64,000 nucleotides of DNA from Candidatus Latescibacterota bacterium (GCA_965204375.1 OZ241986.1:5024001-5088000), one strand, 5' to 3'. Numbered from the stretch's first letter, positions 1 to 9,547 are shown. The notes: a model not told the origin generated them from the letters alone. Numbers and translations are program-made.

Positions 1-2
1 TG

Positions 3-938
3 TCGCGGTTATCAGTCGTATTATTCGCCGGCATCCCAACAGCAGATGGCGGCATACGCGTCGCGGTTTACAGTTCCCTGGGCGATACGTCTATGCAAGG
101 CATGGCCAATTTGTTCATCCCCATTCTGGTCGCCGCGCTGATCGTACTCAATACTATGATGGGATCTGTGTACGAGCGCTTCCGCGAAATCGGCATCTAT
201 TCCTCCGTGGGATTAGCACCTGTACACATCGCCTTCTTATTTATCGCCGAGGCATGTGTTTACGCTGTTTTGGGAACTGTTGCCGGATATCTTTTGGGAC
301 AAAGCGTCGTCAAAATTTTACTGTGGCAAGATGCCCTGCAAGGGCTTACCGTGAACTATTCGGCGCTCTCGACCGTGACCTCCTCCATGCTGGTTATGCT
401 GGTGGTTTTGCTATCGTCGCTCTATCCCGCGCGTCAGGCATCCATGATGGCCGTGCCCGACGTAACGCGCCGCTGGAAGTTCCCCGAGCCTGAAGGTGAC
501 CGCTGGCATTTTGAATTTCCATTTACCGTGGGCGGCAAAGACGTATTTGGCCTTTCCGTATTCCTCGTCGATTATTTCCAGGCACATGCAGGAGAGAGTC
601 TGGGCACATTTTACACCGATGGCGCGCGGTTTGGCGCGATTGAAACCGAAACCGGACAGGGACATACCATTGACACAACAATCTGGCTGGCACCTTATGA
701 TCTGGGCGTAAGCCAGCAGGTGCATTTTGAAGCTTTACCCACGGGTGAGCACAATATTTTTGCCATGGCATTGACCATAGATCGGCTCTCGGGCGATGCC
801 TCGTCATGGCGGCGAGTCAACCAGAACTTTATGAACGCGCTGCGCAAACAATTTCTGATCTGGCGCACCGTGGCACCAGAAGATAAAGCGCAGTACACGG
901 AAAAAGGACAGATGATGCTCGCCGGGGCTACAGTTTAA
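3..938 (+). CDS. FtsX-like ABC transporter permease, C-terminal part (5' end outside window)
   Basis: Frame is open from base 3; SVYERFREIGIYSSVGLAP is the FtsX-family motif, followed by TM helices. Confidence 0.8.
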   Translation, partial: SRLSVVLFAGIPTADGGIRVAVYSSLGDTSMQGMANLFIPILVAALIVLNTMMGSVYERFREIGIYSSVGLAPVHIAFLFIAEACVYAVLGTVAGYLLGQSVVKILLWQDALQGLTVNYSALSTVTSSMLVMLVVLLSSLYPARQASMMAVPDVTRRWKFPEPEGDRWHFEFPFTVGGKDVFGLSVFLVDYFQAHAGESLGTFYTDGARFGAIETETGQGHTIDTTIWLAPYDLGVSQQVHFEALPTGEHNIFAMALTIDRLSGDASSWRRVNQNFMNALRKQFLIWRTVAPEDKAQYTEKGQMMLAGATV

Positions 939-1157
939 TATGGAACTTTTTTTCTGAAAAAACGTTGACTTCTGAGATGATAAAGGGTATCTTTGCCCTT
1001 GTATAAAGGGTATTTGTGCCCAGGTGTTAAAGAATGTGTTGTTTTGTTTCCTGTACAATCGGCCTGAAAAGACGGTATGGCAAGAATCGAAACTTCTGAT
1101 TCTTGCCTTTTTTCGTTCTGATGTGCAATTTTCGATGTAGAAAGGTGGTGAAGTACG

Positions 1158-1358
1158 TTGGCAGAAGGAAGAGTTAAGTGGTTTAACGACGCCAAGGGGT
1201 TCGGTTTTATCGAGCAAGAAGGCGGCGAAGATGTTTTTGTCCATTTCTCTGCGATTCAAGCAGAAGGCTTTAAGTCTTTGTCCGAAGGTGACCTGGTCGA
1301 ATTTGACATTACCCAGGGTCCTAAAGGGCTCCAGGCGGCGAATGTCACCAAGCAATAA
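1158..1358 (+). CDS. cspA: Cold-shock protein (TTG start)
   Basis: [15 protein letters not shown] and DVFVHFSAI (RNP1/RNP2), 66 aa; AGGTGG-type RBS upstream. Confidence 0.95.
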   Translation: MAEGRVKWFNDAKGFGFIEQEGGEDVFVHFSAIQAEGFKSLSEGDLVEFDITQGPKGLQAANVTKQ

Positions 1359-1383
1359 TCTGAAATAAATTCAGAGTTAACCA

Positions 1384-1419
1384 AAAAGCACCACCTCTTT
1401 TGAGATGGTGCTTTTTTTA
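1384..1419. terminator. Bidirectional intrinsic terminator
   Basis: AAAAAGCACCA-cctcttttgaga-TGGTGCTTTTTTT between convergent genes. Confidence 0.8.
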
Positions 1420-1977
1420 TACGCGCTTAATACAAAAATCCGAAAACCGTATCCAGTGATCGCCTTCTTCCGGACCATTATAGCACTGAATACTCACCTG
1501 ATCATCGCCCGGAGGAGGCAACTCACCCGAAGCCGCAGTCTGAAATACGGTCTCACCCTCAGCGCGAAACTGCGCTTCCCAGGTGCTCGCAGTGACAATA
1601 AGCCGCAAACGAACGCTCTGCGTCGGCATCGGCTGCTTCCCGGGAATAATGTACAAATCGCCGTCAATGAGTTCCTTCACTTCTTTGAATACCGGTTCCC
1701 CATTGTGATACCACGTAATACCCGCCTGTTCGTATTGCTGCGTCGGCTGGCTGTGATTGGTAATCGTAACCTCGACCGCATACGCACCCTCACCGCGATC
1801 TGGCGCGGACCGAAGCAAAGCGTTCTGTACCGTATCTTTCACACCGGGACGCACGCAAATCTCCAGACCCCCATCCCGAATCCGCCAATCATCGGGATGT
1901 TCCCGCAACCACGACCAGCCACTGTCCAGCCCGCCGTCGAATGTGTCCTGAAAAATGATTTGTCCATCGCTCATCAT
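1417..1977 (-). CDS. Concanavalin A-like / DUF1349-like beta-sandwich protein
   Basis: Likely start MMSDGQ after AGGAGA; DTFDGGLDSGWSWLRE and QQYEQAGI resemble DUF1349/GH43 C-terminal domains. Confidence 0.6.
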   Translation of the reverse strand: MMSDGQIIFQDTFDGGLDSGWSWLREHPDDWRIRDGGLEICVRPGVKDTVQNALLRSAPDRGEGAYAVEVTITNHSQPTQQYEQAGITWYHNGEPVFKEVKELIDGDLYIIPGKQPMPTQSVRLRLIVTASTWEAQFRAEGETVFQTAASGELPPPGDDQVSIQCYNGPEEGDHWIRFSDFCIKRV

Positions 1978-2173
1978 AAATCTCCTATTCAGAATTGTCA
2001 GATGATTTCCCGCGCTCATGGTCGAGAAATTCCAGACGGACTTCAAGTATTTTTTTTGACCCCTTCCCGGGATACCGATTTTGAAGAAGTTACTTTTTGC
2101 GTATAATTTATACGTAAAAACGCCATTGCAAATCGCGACCTGCCAGAACTTTAATAAGGACCTGACAATTAAA

Positions 2174-3127
2174 ATGAAAAAATACTTTTTACTCTTCACT
2201 CTCCTATTGTTATTCGGTTGCCGACCACAGGTCTCTGACGAACAAATCACAGTCTGTTCTTTCAACATCAAATTCGTCGGACTGTACAAAAAGAAAGACA
2301 ACGAAGCACTTGCCCGATTGGTCGGAAAATACGACATGGTCATCGTCCAGGAACTCGTTTCCCCACCTGATAACGGTCAATACTGCGATGGCACACCCTA
2401 TAGTGAAGACCCTGAAGCCGATGCATTCTTCGATGCCATGAGCGCACAGGGCTTTGATTACTCCCTATCTTGTGAAGACACGGGAAGAGGCGAAAAAATC
2501 CACAACAGAGGATCGAGCACCGAATGGTCCGTCGTCTTTTACAAACCCGACAAGCTGAAAATTGCCAATGACCTGCCCCACGGATTCCTATCAGAAGACC
2601 GCTCTGCCCATCCCGTATATCCCCGCGTGCCACACGCCCACGGCTTCCGCACTATAGATGGCAAAATGGACTTTGTCGTCATCAACGTCCACTTATCCCC
2701 CGGCAAAAACAAAAAAAACGCACGCAAAGCCGAACTTTTGAGCATCGCCCAGTGGATCGATCTCAATGACGCGCAAGAGCAGGACTTCTACATCGTAGGG
2801 GATATGAACATCGAAAACGCCGCGGAACTTCAAGCAGCAACACCGCGAGGATTTGTATCGCTCAACGACGAATGCCGAAAAACGAACACATCGGTCAAAA
2901 GCAGCAAACCCTATGACCACGTCATGTACCGCCCGGCCAGGTTAGACGAGATAGACGAGGCATTTGATTTTCAAGTCATCAACCTCATCGACCAGATGCG
3001 CAGCACCTGGCGAGGCTCCGAAACCTATCCCGGCGACCCGTACAATGGGAATCTATTTGCACAGCACTACTCGGACCACCACCCCGTGTTATTCCGCCTC
3101 AACATCCCGAGCAAAGATGACGACTAA
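2174..3127 (+). CDS. Endonuclease/exonuclease/phosphatase (DNase I-like) lipoprotein
   Basis: Lipobox LLFGC; SFNIK, VQEL, GDMN, YDHV and SDHHPV catalytic motifs. Confidence 0.85.
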   Translation: MKKYFLLFTLLLLFGCRPQVSDEQITVCSFNIKFVGLYKKKDNEALARLVGKYDMVIVQELVSPPDNGQYCDGTPYSEDPEADAFFDAMSAQGFDYSLSCEDTGRGEKIHNRGSSTEWSVVFYKPDKLKIANDLPHGFLSEDRSAHPVYPRVPHAHGFRTIDGKMDFVVINVHLSPGKNKKNARKAELLSIAQWIDLNDAQEQDFYIVGDMNIENAAELQAATPRGFVSLNDECRKTNTSVKSSKPYDHVMYRPARLDEIDEAFDFQVINLIDQMRSTWRGSETYPGDPYNGNLFAQHYSDHHPVLFRLNIPSKDDD

Positions 3128-3135
3128 GGACAGAA

Positions 3136-3477
3136 TCATGCATCTTCCGACAGCGCTGGAACCCGGGACTCGAAGAAATCGGACGCGAGCATAATTTGAT
3201 CTTGCTGGTGCACCACAAGCCCCTTAACGCGAGGCAGATAGTCATTGACCCATCGAGGATCGCTACGGACAGCCTGCCGCGCCTGATCAAAATGGGTATA
3301 ATCGCGATATGCCCAAATGTGAACAACGCGATTTAATTTTCCAATATCGGTATAATACCACCCGGCAAGTTTGACGCCGTAGTCTTCGCGCAGCGGAAGT
3401 GCCACCTCGCGCACTGCATCCATATAGGCTTGCAAAGCACCGGGATTCAGGTCGTAGGTCCGCATGTCGTAAATCAT
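3136..3477 (-). CDS. NIPSNAP family protein
   Basis: MIYDMRTYDLNPG...GKLNRVVHIWAY...DPRW pattern. Confidence 0.9.
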   Translation of the reverse strand: MIYDMRTYDLNPGALQAYMDAVREVALPLREDYGVKLAGWYYTDIGKLNRVVHIWAYRDYTHFDQARQAVRSDPRWVNDYLPRVKGLVVHQQDQIMLASDFFESRVPALSEDA

Positions 3478-3491
3478 AGGAAATCTCCAGG

Positions 3492-3530
3492 AGAAGTGTG
3501 AAGTAGGAAGTGTGAAGTGTGAAGTGTGAA
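3492..3530. repeat. Heptamer tandem repeat (GAAGTGT)n, single arm of a dispersed element family
   Basis: agaagtgtg aagtagg aagtgtg aagtgtg aagtgtg aa; reverse complement of the CTTCACA/CTTCCTA arms at 16580 and 42760. Confidence 0.85.
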
Positions 3531-3734
3531 TAAGAAAAGGAATTATTCATAACATATAACACGAGAATCATTGACATCATAATTTAGTAGAAAAATCCCA
3601 CAAATACTCAGCTTTTTTATACCTCTCCATATTTTTGTACCGAGATCCATTTTTTTCTCTCGAAATTTGACACCAAAAACGTTTGCAGCCCGTCTAAGTG
3701 TTCGATTAGCTTAATACAGATCCCCATGAACACA

Positions 3735-3826
3735 ACGACCGGGCCGAGATATCCCTTCACTCCATGCCCGGTCTTCGGGGGCGGCAAGGTAAATGGTATC
3801 CCTCCCTGCCGTCCCCTCATTTTTTA
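3735..3826 (+). ncRNA. Candidate two-hairpin sRNA with TATCCCT in both loops
   Basis: GACCGGGC/GCCCGGTC and GGGGGCGGCA/TGCCGTCCCC stems, followed by a T-run, in an intergenic region. Confidence 0.4.
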
Positions 3827-4087
3827 GGCAACAACGCCCACATTATCCGTTGAGATAATATCAGAAAAAATTTACAGACGCTATATTGCCCCATGTACTC
3901 AATTTCCGTATATTGATTTGGCTCAGGCAAGTTATTTCTCTGTCCCGCTGATTGGACGATGGATAAAACGGTCATTGAGGAAAACCTGTGAACACCACGA
4001 TACATACGATTCACACGGTACGGATGCCTAAATCGTTACCTGATTGTTAGAATTGACAACGCACTACGTTTTTATAGGAAATTTGGG

Positions 4088-4537
4088 ATGGATGAGTATC
4101 AGTTGTTGAGTAAATGGAGCCTGAATTATCACACTCGAGAAGTCGCGATCCGAGAAGCATCTATCATTGCCTGGTACATGGGCTTTCAACGGACAAAGAC
4201 CCTCACCCAGGATGATCTCGGGGCACTGATTGCCCACGCTGACACTTCGGGCATTCCCACAAACGAGTTGAGAAGCTTCCGACGTGCCGACCTGATTATA
4301 AAGGCTACGGATCCGAATGGCGCAACGTGCTATATCGCCGTGGAAATCTCCTTCACCGTTAATGGTCGAGATACCACGCGTGCGCGCCGCAACGCTGCGT
4401 TCCTGACTAAGTTCACTGGTGATCGGTCCTATCCCGCCGTTGCCGGCCTGCGCCGAGATGACCGGATCCATGATCTTATCGACTCTGGCGAGGTGTTCTG
4501 GTATCAACTGGATGCGGAAGTTCTGGAAGTGGAATAA
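4088..4537 (+). CDS. Hypothetical protein, PD-(D/E)XK-like fold
   Basis: ADLIIK...IAVEIS...D..RARRNA pattern resembles restriction-endonuclease-like proteins. Confidence 0.55.
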   Translation: MDEYQLLSKWSLNYHTREVAIREASIIAWYMGFQRTKTLTQDDLGALIAHADTSGIPTNELRSFRRADLIIKATDPNGATCYIAVEISFTVNGRDTTRARRNAAFLTKFTGDRSYPAVAGLRRDDRIHDLIDSGEVFWYQLDAEVLEVE

Positions 4538-4587
4538 TCACCTGATAGAATTGACCTCGACTATTGAACTACAAAAAGAATGCCCCA

Positions 4588-4629
4588 GTGTCAAAAATAA
4601 TTGACACTATTTTTATATTCCTATATATT
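4588..4629 (+). promoter_or_regulatory. Sigma70-type promoter with overlapping palindrome
   Basis: TTGACA (4601-4606), 17 bp, TATATT (4624-4629); GTGTCAA-aaataa-TTGACAC inverted repeat over the -35. Confidence 0.6.
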
Positions 4630-4635
4630 TTTAGC

Positions 4636-4775
4636 ATTGCCCCTTCAGACATTCAGTGCTGAAGCCCCCGGACTTGTTAGTGGGTCCGGGTTGAATTTGT
4701 AAATAATTAACCACCCCTGTTGCTTCGGGAGCAGGGCGCGAAGCCGTATAGAATTCTATACGGCTTCTGCATTTT
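4636..4775 (+). ncRNA. Candidate four-hairpin ncRNA; 3' half is an orphan copy of the NYN-leader RNA
   Basis: Hairpins CTTCAG/CTGAAG and CCCGGAC/GTCCGGG, then 4701-4770 nearly identical to 24847-24917; no ORF follows on this strand. Confidence 0.6.
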
Positions 4776-4785
4776 GGAAATCGTG

Positions 4786-5047
4786 TCACTCATCTAACAG
4801 ATGCTGAAATGCTTCAAGACTGGACACCTGGACCGCCGCGCGGAGCAACTGCTTGAGGCGTTGCAAATCTTCAATGGCCGAAATGCGAGCAGATAGAGGG
4901 TCAGTCTCGCGGAGATCAAATCGAATCTCCAATACGTCAAGTATGTCTGTCTTCAAGAGCGCGTTCTCTAACCCCCTGCTCAAAGCTTTCCTCTCTGCTT
5001 TGTTGGGTAAGGGATTGAAAAAGGGATGATTCGCGGATGAGGTCCAT
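4786..5047 (-). pseudogene. Stand-alone Rpn C-terminal (RpnS-like) module with a 4-bp frameshift
   Basis: Starts MDLIRESSLFQ like the internal ATG of Rpn at 56862; AGAC duplication at 4945-4952; C-terminus ILDVLEIRFDL...QRLKQL..AAVQVSSLEAFQ matches the Rpn C-terminus. Confidence 0.8.
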
Positions 5048-5077
5048 GTGGGATTCTCTTTGTAAAGTATTTTATAC

Positions 5078-5509
5078 TCACTGACCGTTTGTTGTACTCC
5101 CATTTTGATCTTCTAAGGCAGCGCGTATGGCTTCTATGTCAATATCCGGATGCATTTTTTTAACGATAGCAATGGTTTCCTCATGTCCTTTTCTTTGCCC
5201 ATCTTGGAAGCGTTTTTCAAGATATCTTTCAGTCTCAGCACGGATTTTTTGAACTGGGACGATCATGAGATTTACCCCCTCTATAATGAAGAATGATAGA
5301 GTGATAGCAGAGAGACCTATAGATCCTATAATACTGATTATCGCAATAATTGCATCGTAATCAGGTTTAGTAATTTTGCACCAATTGTACCAAAGGACCA
5401 GTGCCAGAGAAGAGACAAAGAACAGTACTGCTAAAGCTATCAGCCATGTTCTTTCTGTGTCTCCAGTGCTCCAAATCGACACCCTTTCTTCGTCTGTTTT
5501 CTCCGTCAT
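5078..5509 (-). CDS. Two-TM hypothetical protein with charged C-terminal tail
   Basis: Two hydrophobic helices; ERVSIWS...WYNWCK resembles 41146..41556; internal GAGGGGG+ATG at 5266. Confidence 0.65.
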   Translation of the reverse strand: MTEKTDEERVSIWSTGDTERTWLIALAVLFFVSSLALVLWYNWCKITKPDYDAIIAIISIIGSIGLSAITLSFFIIEGVNLMIVPVQKIRAETERYLEKRFQDGQRKGHEETIAIVKKMHPDIDIEAIRAALEDQNGSTTNGQ

Positions 5510-5791
5510 TCTGTTGTGCCTTTTCACTTCAATATACTTTCCCTATATAAGTATAGAGAAAATAGATTTCTAATGCAATTTCGGCCTGGGTATGGTTTCA
5601 ATGTCTGCCATAAGAGAGGCCTCAGGTCTGAGAGTTGGTCGTACTTTGGACGAACTCAACAGTCAGAACCCAAGCAAATATCAGGCCAATGTCACAAAAT
5701 TGAGTGATAAAAGGAGACTCGACAGAAACGCAGGCACCTCATTATGCTTTCAATATGCAGTATTGGGCTTTTGTTCACAACTTGAATTTAA

Positions 5792-5828
5792 ATCCGCAGA
5801 TGGGCGCAGATGGGCACAGATGAAAGGC
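5792..5828. repeat. Decamer-unit dispersed repeat (CAGATGGGCG-type)
   Basis: atccgcagatgggcgcagatgggcacagatgaaaggc; near-identical inverted copy at 50259-50295. Confidence 0.75.
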
Positions 5829-6062
5829 AAAAGTGTATATTTTGATCGATGAATGAATGGTATGGTGAAAGAATTGTTCCCTGGATCGCGGCTTAACACC
5901 CTGTCGCGATGACAGCGATGTTGATGCAAATCTAAAACAAAAGGCCGCAAGTATTGCTCAATTGCAACAAAAACTTACGACCTAAAAAAAATTGGTTGCC
6001 CGACTGATGCACTCACTGAATTTTTTACCGTATAGGTCTTCTTTCCCATCGACACCTGTTAT

Positions 6063-8960
6063 TTAAACGTCAATCCGCGTCGATTTACCGCCATGAACGC
6101 TCGGCTCGGCGCACCATTGGTCGCGCAAAATGGAGAGGGGTTCAAGAGTTGCTTCGGGCAGGCGCAACAGGTCCACCAGGACCGCACGGTCAAGAGCTTT
6201 CCGAGTTTCGTCCCGATACGCTTCGTTGGCTGGTAGAAACTCCGCTTCCTCGAATGCTTCAAAGATGTCCTCGGCTTGAGCGATCTGCTCCTCACTGAGG
6301 GAGCGTGGGTCCAACACCGTTAGACGAGGTAGTTGAGTGATTGTGAGAATCGCACGGCCCTGTTGCTGTCGAGATCCAATCCACCAGAAGGCGAGGAGGC
6401 CCAATGTTGTATTGGACCACAAGACCAGGGGTACGGTCCACTCGTCTTGTGCCGGGATAAAGTTAGGCCATGCTCGACCACCAATCGTTTTGGCTGGCGT
6501 GAGACAAGCAGTGAGGCTTTGCGAGTTGATCCGAAAATCGAGGTTGAAGTGTAGCCGTGAGGCAGTTGTGTTCCACACCTCAATAGCGTGAGCGTCACAG
6601 TCGGGGCGGACTTCTCCCTCGCTATCGGGGAGGACGACGAGGCTCCGTTCACGCTGGGCATCGTGGCCCCATAAAACCGGATACTGCGGCACGCCTTGAA
6701 TGGGGATGATTTCAAACGGTCCTCGCGGTGCTCCATTGGTAGTTCCGGAGATGTCGCGGTGAAGCAGACCTGTCTTGCCGATAGCTCCGAGGTGAATTGT
6801 GGAAAGTGGCGTGGAGTAGCCTTGGGGTAGCCGAAGCCTTCCTGCTTCCAGCCCAAGAGCGGTATCGGCGAGTGTGGTTTCACGGAGGGACGCACAACCG
6901 CCCTGGCTTAAAGGTGCCCGAATGTACGTGCCGATGGTCTGGTGATTTCCTACATTCAGCCGCCCTTGCCGATCTTGAGGTGAGAGGTGACTTACCGCCC
7001 GCGCTGTCTCAAAGGCTTCCGCGAGGTTGTGTGGCCGGTGATAGAGATTGACAAACAGCGTTTCCCCACATCCCTGTTGTCCACCGCGGCACTTGTTGGC
7101 CACCACGAGGGCTTCGGCCATGCCTGTATCGGCTGAAAAGGCTCGATCTGTCTGACCGTGCGCTGCAATAGTCAGCACGACCAAGTCCTTGTACTTGCTT
7201 TCCAGCAAGCGACGGGCGTCCTTCCAAGAACTACCGCTCACACACGCCGCTGGCAGGACCAGCGCGAGGACACCGCCGGGCTTAGTCTTGATGTGGGCGA
7301 GGTCAATGAAGTTGGACGCCAGCCCTGCGTTACCGTGGCCGACCGGATTGACTAACTGCCGACGGATCTGAGCTAGCCGTTTGGACATGGCCTGTTGTTC
7401 ATCTTCACTTGTACCCAACCCGGCAAAAGACGGTACTGGCACCTCGGCCTTCTCATGGTTGGTTGGTCGTGTGAAGGGGGGATTCATAATTACCAGATCA
7501 GCCGTTCCGGAGGGGAGGATCATGTCCTGGCTTCCCTCGGCTTCCACATCTGCACCCGTACCGCGTGCCACATGGATGCCTGTTCCAAACAGCGATGGTG
7601 CTGTGTCATCCTCAATGAGGTCGAGAGCACCCAGGGCCATGGTATGCCGCTTTTCTTGGCTCTGCTGTCCATAGGGCAAAGTGTGGACACGAGTGTTACC
7701 AAAGGTTGTGCCCGGATGAGTGCTCGATAGCATGGATGCGGTAAGATGCGTTGCGGCTGGCATGATGTCGGCAGCGATGAGGGCGTGTTCCATCATCTTA
7801 GTGTGCAGCACCTGATCGTCACCGCCAATTCGCCGATGACGCGAGGCCAAGGCACGGTACGCCGCCGAGAGCAGAGTGCCGGTTCCGCAGGCAAGGTCGG
7901 CGACCTGGAGACGGGTGAGGGCATCGGGGTTGGACCAATCCGTTACCGCGTCGAGGCGTGATACGGCCAACTCACCGAGTAGCGCAGCAGATGTCGGTAG
8001 CGTGTAGAATGTGGCGAGGAACTTCCGATCAGCAATAAGCCTCTGGAACATGCGCCCAGAGAGGTCGTGTAAGGTGGTAGCTCCTAAGCCAGCTAAATCA
8101 CTGGCTGCCTGAGCGAGACGATTGAGAACTACATGCGCGGTGCTGTCGGCGATAGGCAGGAGCAGGTCGGAGGCAATGCGGAAGATCGGATAGTAATTGA
8201 TATTGTCGAGGATATGCTGCCAGCAGGCGAGCAAGCGGCTTTTACTGACATCGTTGCGGCCAGGAATACGCAATTCGTCGATGGTTTCGATACCGTGCGC
8301 GTCAACAATAGCGGTGTGGAAGACGAGGGCGTTGGCGACAATGGCCATGGCCATACGCGAGGTTTGCTCACCATCTTCTTGATGGAGGGACTGCGCCATT
8401 CTCTCCAGCGCATGGATGCTGGCTGTTTCGCGTAGCTTGCCAGCGGCTTCGCCTATGCTCTGTTCCAGAATTTGCGTTCCCTCAGCAAGCAGCCGTTCAG
8501 ACAGTGCGACGTTTTCAATGCAGGCAGCAAGATCAGCAATACTACCGGTAAGCCAACCCTCAGACGGCCAGCGCACGACAGTATCCTTTTCTTGCAGTGA
8601 GAAGGTACAGTAACGGAACTCAGCGGTTTCGATTTGCCGCTTTAGGTCTCCCTGTGGCGCACGACTCAGTTCTTGTGGGACCTGGACAGCTATGGTCTGC
8701 TCTATCAAGTCGCCGTTGTACTCCAAGAATTTTCCCAAACGAGCCGTAGCATCTGCTTCGACGCTACGCGCTGGTATAAACTCTGTCTCGATAATGACTG
8801 GTACACCGCCTGGAGGACGAATGACAATATCCGGTTGCAGGACGGTCTCTCGGAGGACATCCCGTTGCTCCACACCGACGTGATCGCGCCAGCGTGGATG
8901 CTTGGTCTGTAGTACATCTAATAGCCGGACATTGAAGGCGATTTCGTTGGTTTTGGGCAT
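6063..8960 (-). CDS. Type IIG-like fused restriction endonuclease / N6-adenine methyltransferase
   Basis: Motif I DLACGTGTLL, motif IV NPPF, N-terminal PD..IIETE nuclease-like motif, 965 aa. Confidence 0.8.
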   Translation of the reverse strand: MPKTNEIAFNVRLLDVLQTKHPRWRDHVGVEQRDVLRETVLQPDIVIRPPGGVPVIIETEFIPARSVEADATARLGKFLEYNGDLIEQTIAVQVPQELSRAPQGDLKRQIETAEFRYCTFSLQEKDTVVRWPSEGWLTGSIADLAACIENVALSERLLAEGTQILEQSIGEAAGKLRETASIHALERMAQSLHQEDGEQTSRMAMAIVANALVFHTAIVDAHGIETIDELRIPGRNDVSKSRLLACWQHILDNINYYPIFRIASDLLLPIADSTAHVVLNRLAQAASDLAGLGATTLHDLSGRMFQRLIADRKFLATFYTLPTSAALLGELAVSRLDAVTDWSNPDALTRLQVADLACGTGTLLSAAYRALASRHRRIGGDDQVLHTKMMEHALIAADIMPAATHLTASMLSSTHPGTTFGNTRVHTLPYGQQSQEKRHTMALGALDLIEDDTAPSLFGTGIHVARGTGADVEAEGSQDMILPSGTADLVIMNPPFTRPTNHEKAEVPVPSFAGLGTSEDEQQAMSKRLAQIRRQLVNPVGHGNAGLASNFIDLAHIKTKPGGVLALVLPAACVSGSSWKDARRLLESKYKDLVVLTIAAHGQTDRAFSADTGMAEALVVANKCRGGQQGCGETLFVNLYHRPHNLAEAFETARAVSHLSPQDRQGRLNVGNHQTIGTYIRAPLSQGGCASLRETTLADTALGLEAGRLRLPQGYSTPLSTIHLGAIGKTGLLHRDISGTTNGAPRGPFEIIPIQGVPQYPVLWGHDAQRERSLVVLPDSEGEVRPDCDAHAIEVWNTTASRLHFNLDFRINSQSLTACLTPAKTIGGRAWPNFIPAQDEWTVPLVLWSNTTLGLLAFWWIGSRQQQGRAILTITQLPRLTVLDPRSLSEEQIAQAEDIFEAFEEAEFLPANEAYRDETRKALDRAVLVDLLRLPEATLEPLSILRDQWCAEPSVHGGKSTRIDV

Positions 8961-9078
8961 CTTTTTTCTCTTTTTATTGCAAAGTCTATTCCGTTGAGGG
9001 AGTTGTGGTTATTGGGCATTGAAAATTGCAACATCCTATATTAAACCGTTTCATCCACCGCCTGTGCCGCCCTTTGGA

Positions 9079-9258
9079 TTACGCGGTCTCCAAAAAGTTA
9101 AGGCCAGAGGCATGTTGACCTCCGGCCAGAATTTCATCTATTACAGCGGATGGTGCAATAACTCGAGAATACAATCTGGGCAATAGATTGAGTCGGTTCA
9201 CACCAGCCAACGCAATGAGTGGACTGGAATCTGCGATTAGAAACACGTCATTTATAAC
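9079..9258 (-). pseudogene. Truncated DUF3368-type PIN toxin
   Basis: IADSSPLIALAGVNRLNLLPRLY..VIAPSAVIDE is a PIN N-terminus that stops after about 60 aa; start position approximate. Confidence 0.7.
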
Positions 9259-9499
9259 CAAATTCTGTATCGAGTTGATCATCATCCAGATCAACAACAG
9301 AGATATTCAATGCACTGACCTTTGTGAGAAACTCGGGCTTGCTTAAACTGGATAACTCCGCTGCTTTTCCAGCAGAAATCCGGCGGAGTTCAAAAAATTT
9401 CAACGCCAATAGAAAGCGTGCTTCTCGTTCAAAGACTTCGGGTTCTTGCCCGGTGATCAAGAGCAGGTCTTCAGAATATGGGATATTTAATGTTTTCAT
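9248..9499 (-). CDS. UPF0175 family antitoxin
   Basis: LALKFFELRRISAGKAAELSSLSKPEF; coupled to the DUF3368 remnant. Confidence 0.85.
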   Translation of the reverse strand: MKTLNIPYSEDLLLITGQEPEVFEREARFLLALKFFELRRISAGKAAELSSLSKPEFLTKVSALNISVVDLDDDQLDTEFGYK

Positions 9500-9547
9500 A
9501 TTTTACCCCATCAGAGTGCGGGTAGAATCAAAGCTCAGCAAAAAAAT

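Noticed and set aside
1978-2343. N-terminal extensions of ORFs 1417..2343 and 2081..3127
   Set aside because: They overlap each other; RBS and signal peptide favour starts at 1977 and 2174
5592-5950. Short ORFs next to the att-like repeat as an integrase remnant
   Set aside because: No recognisable recombinase motif
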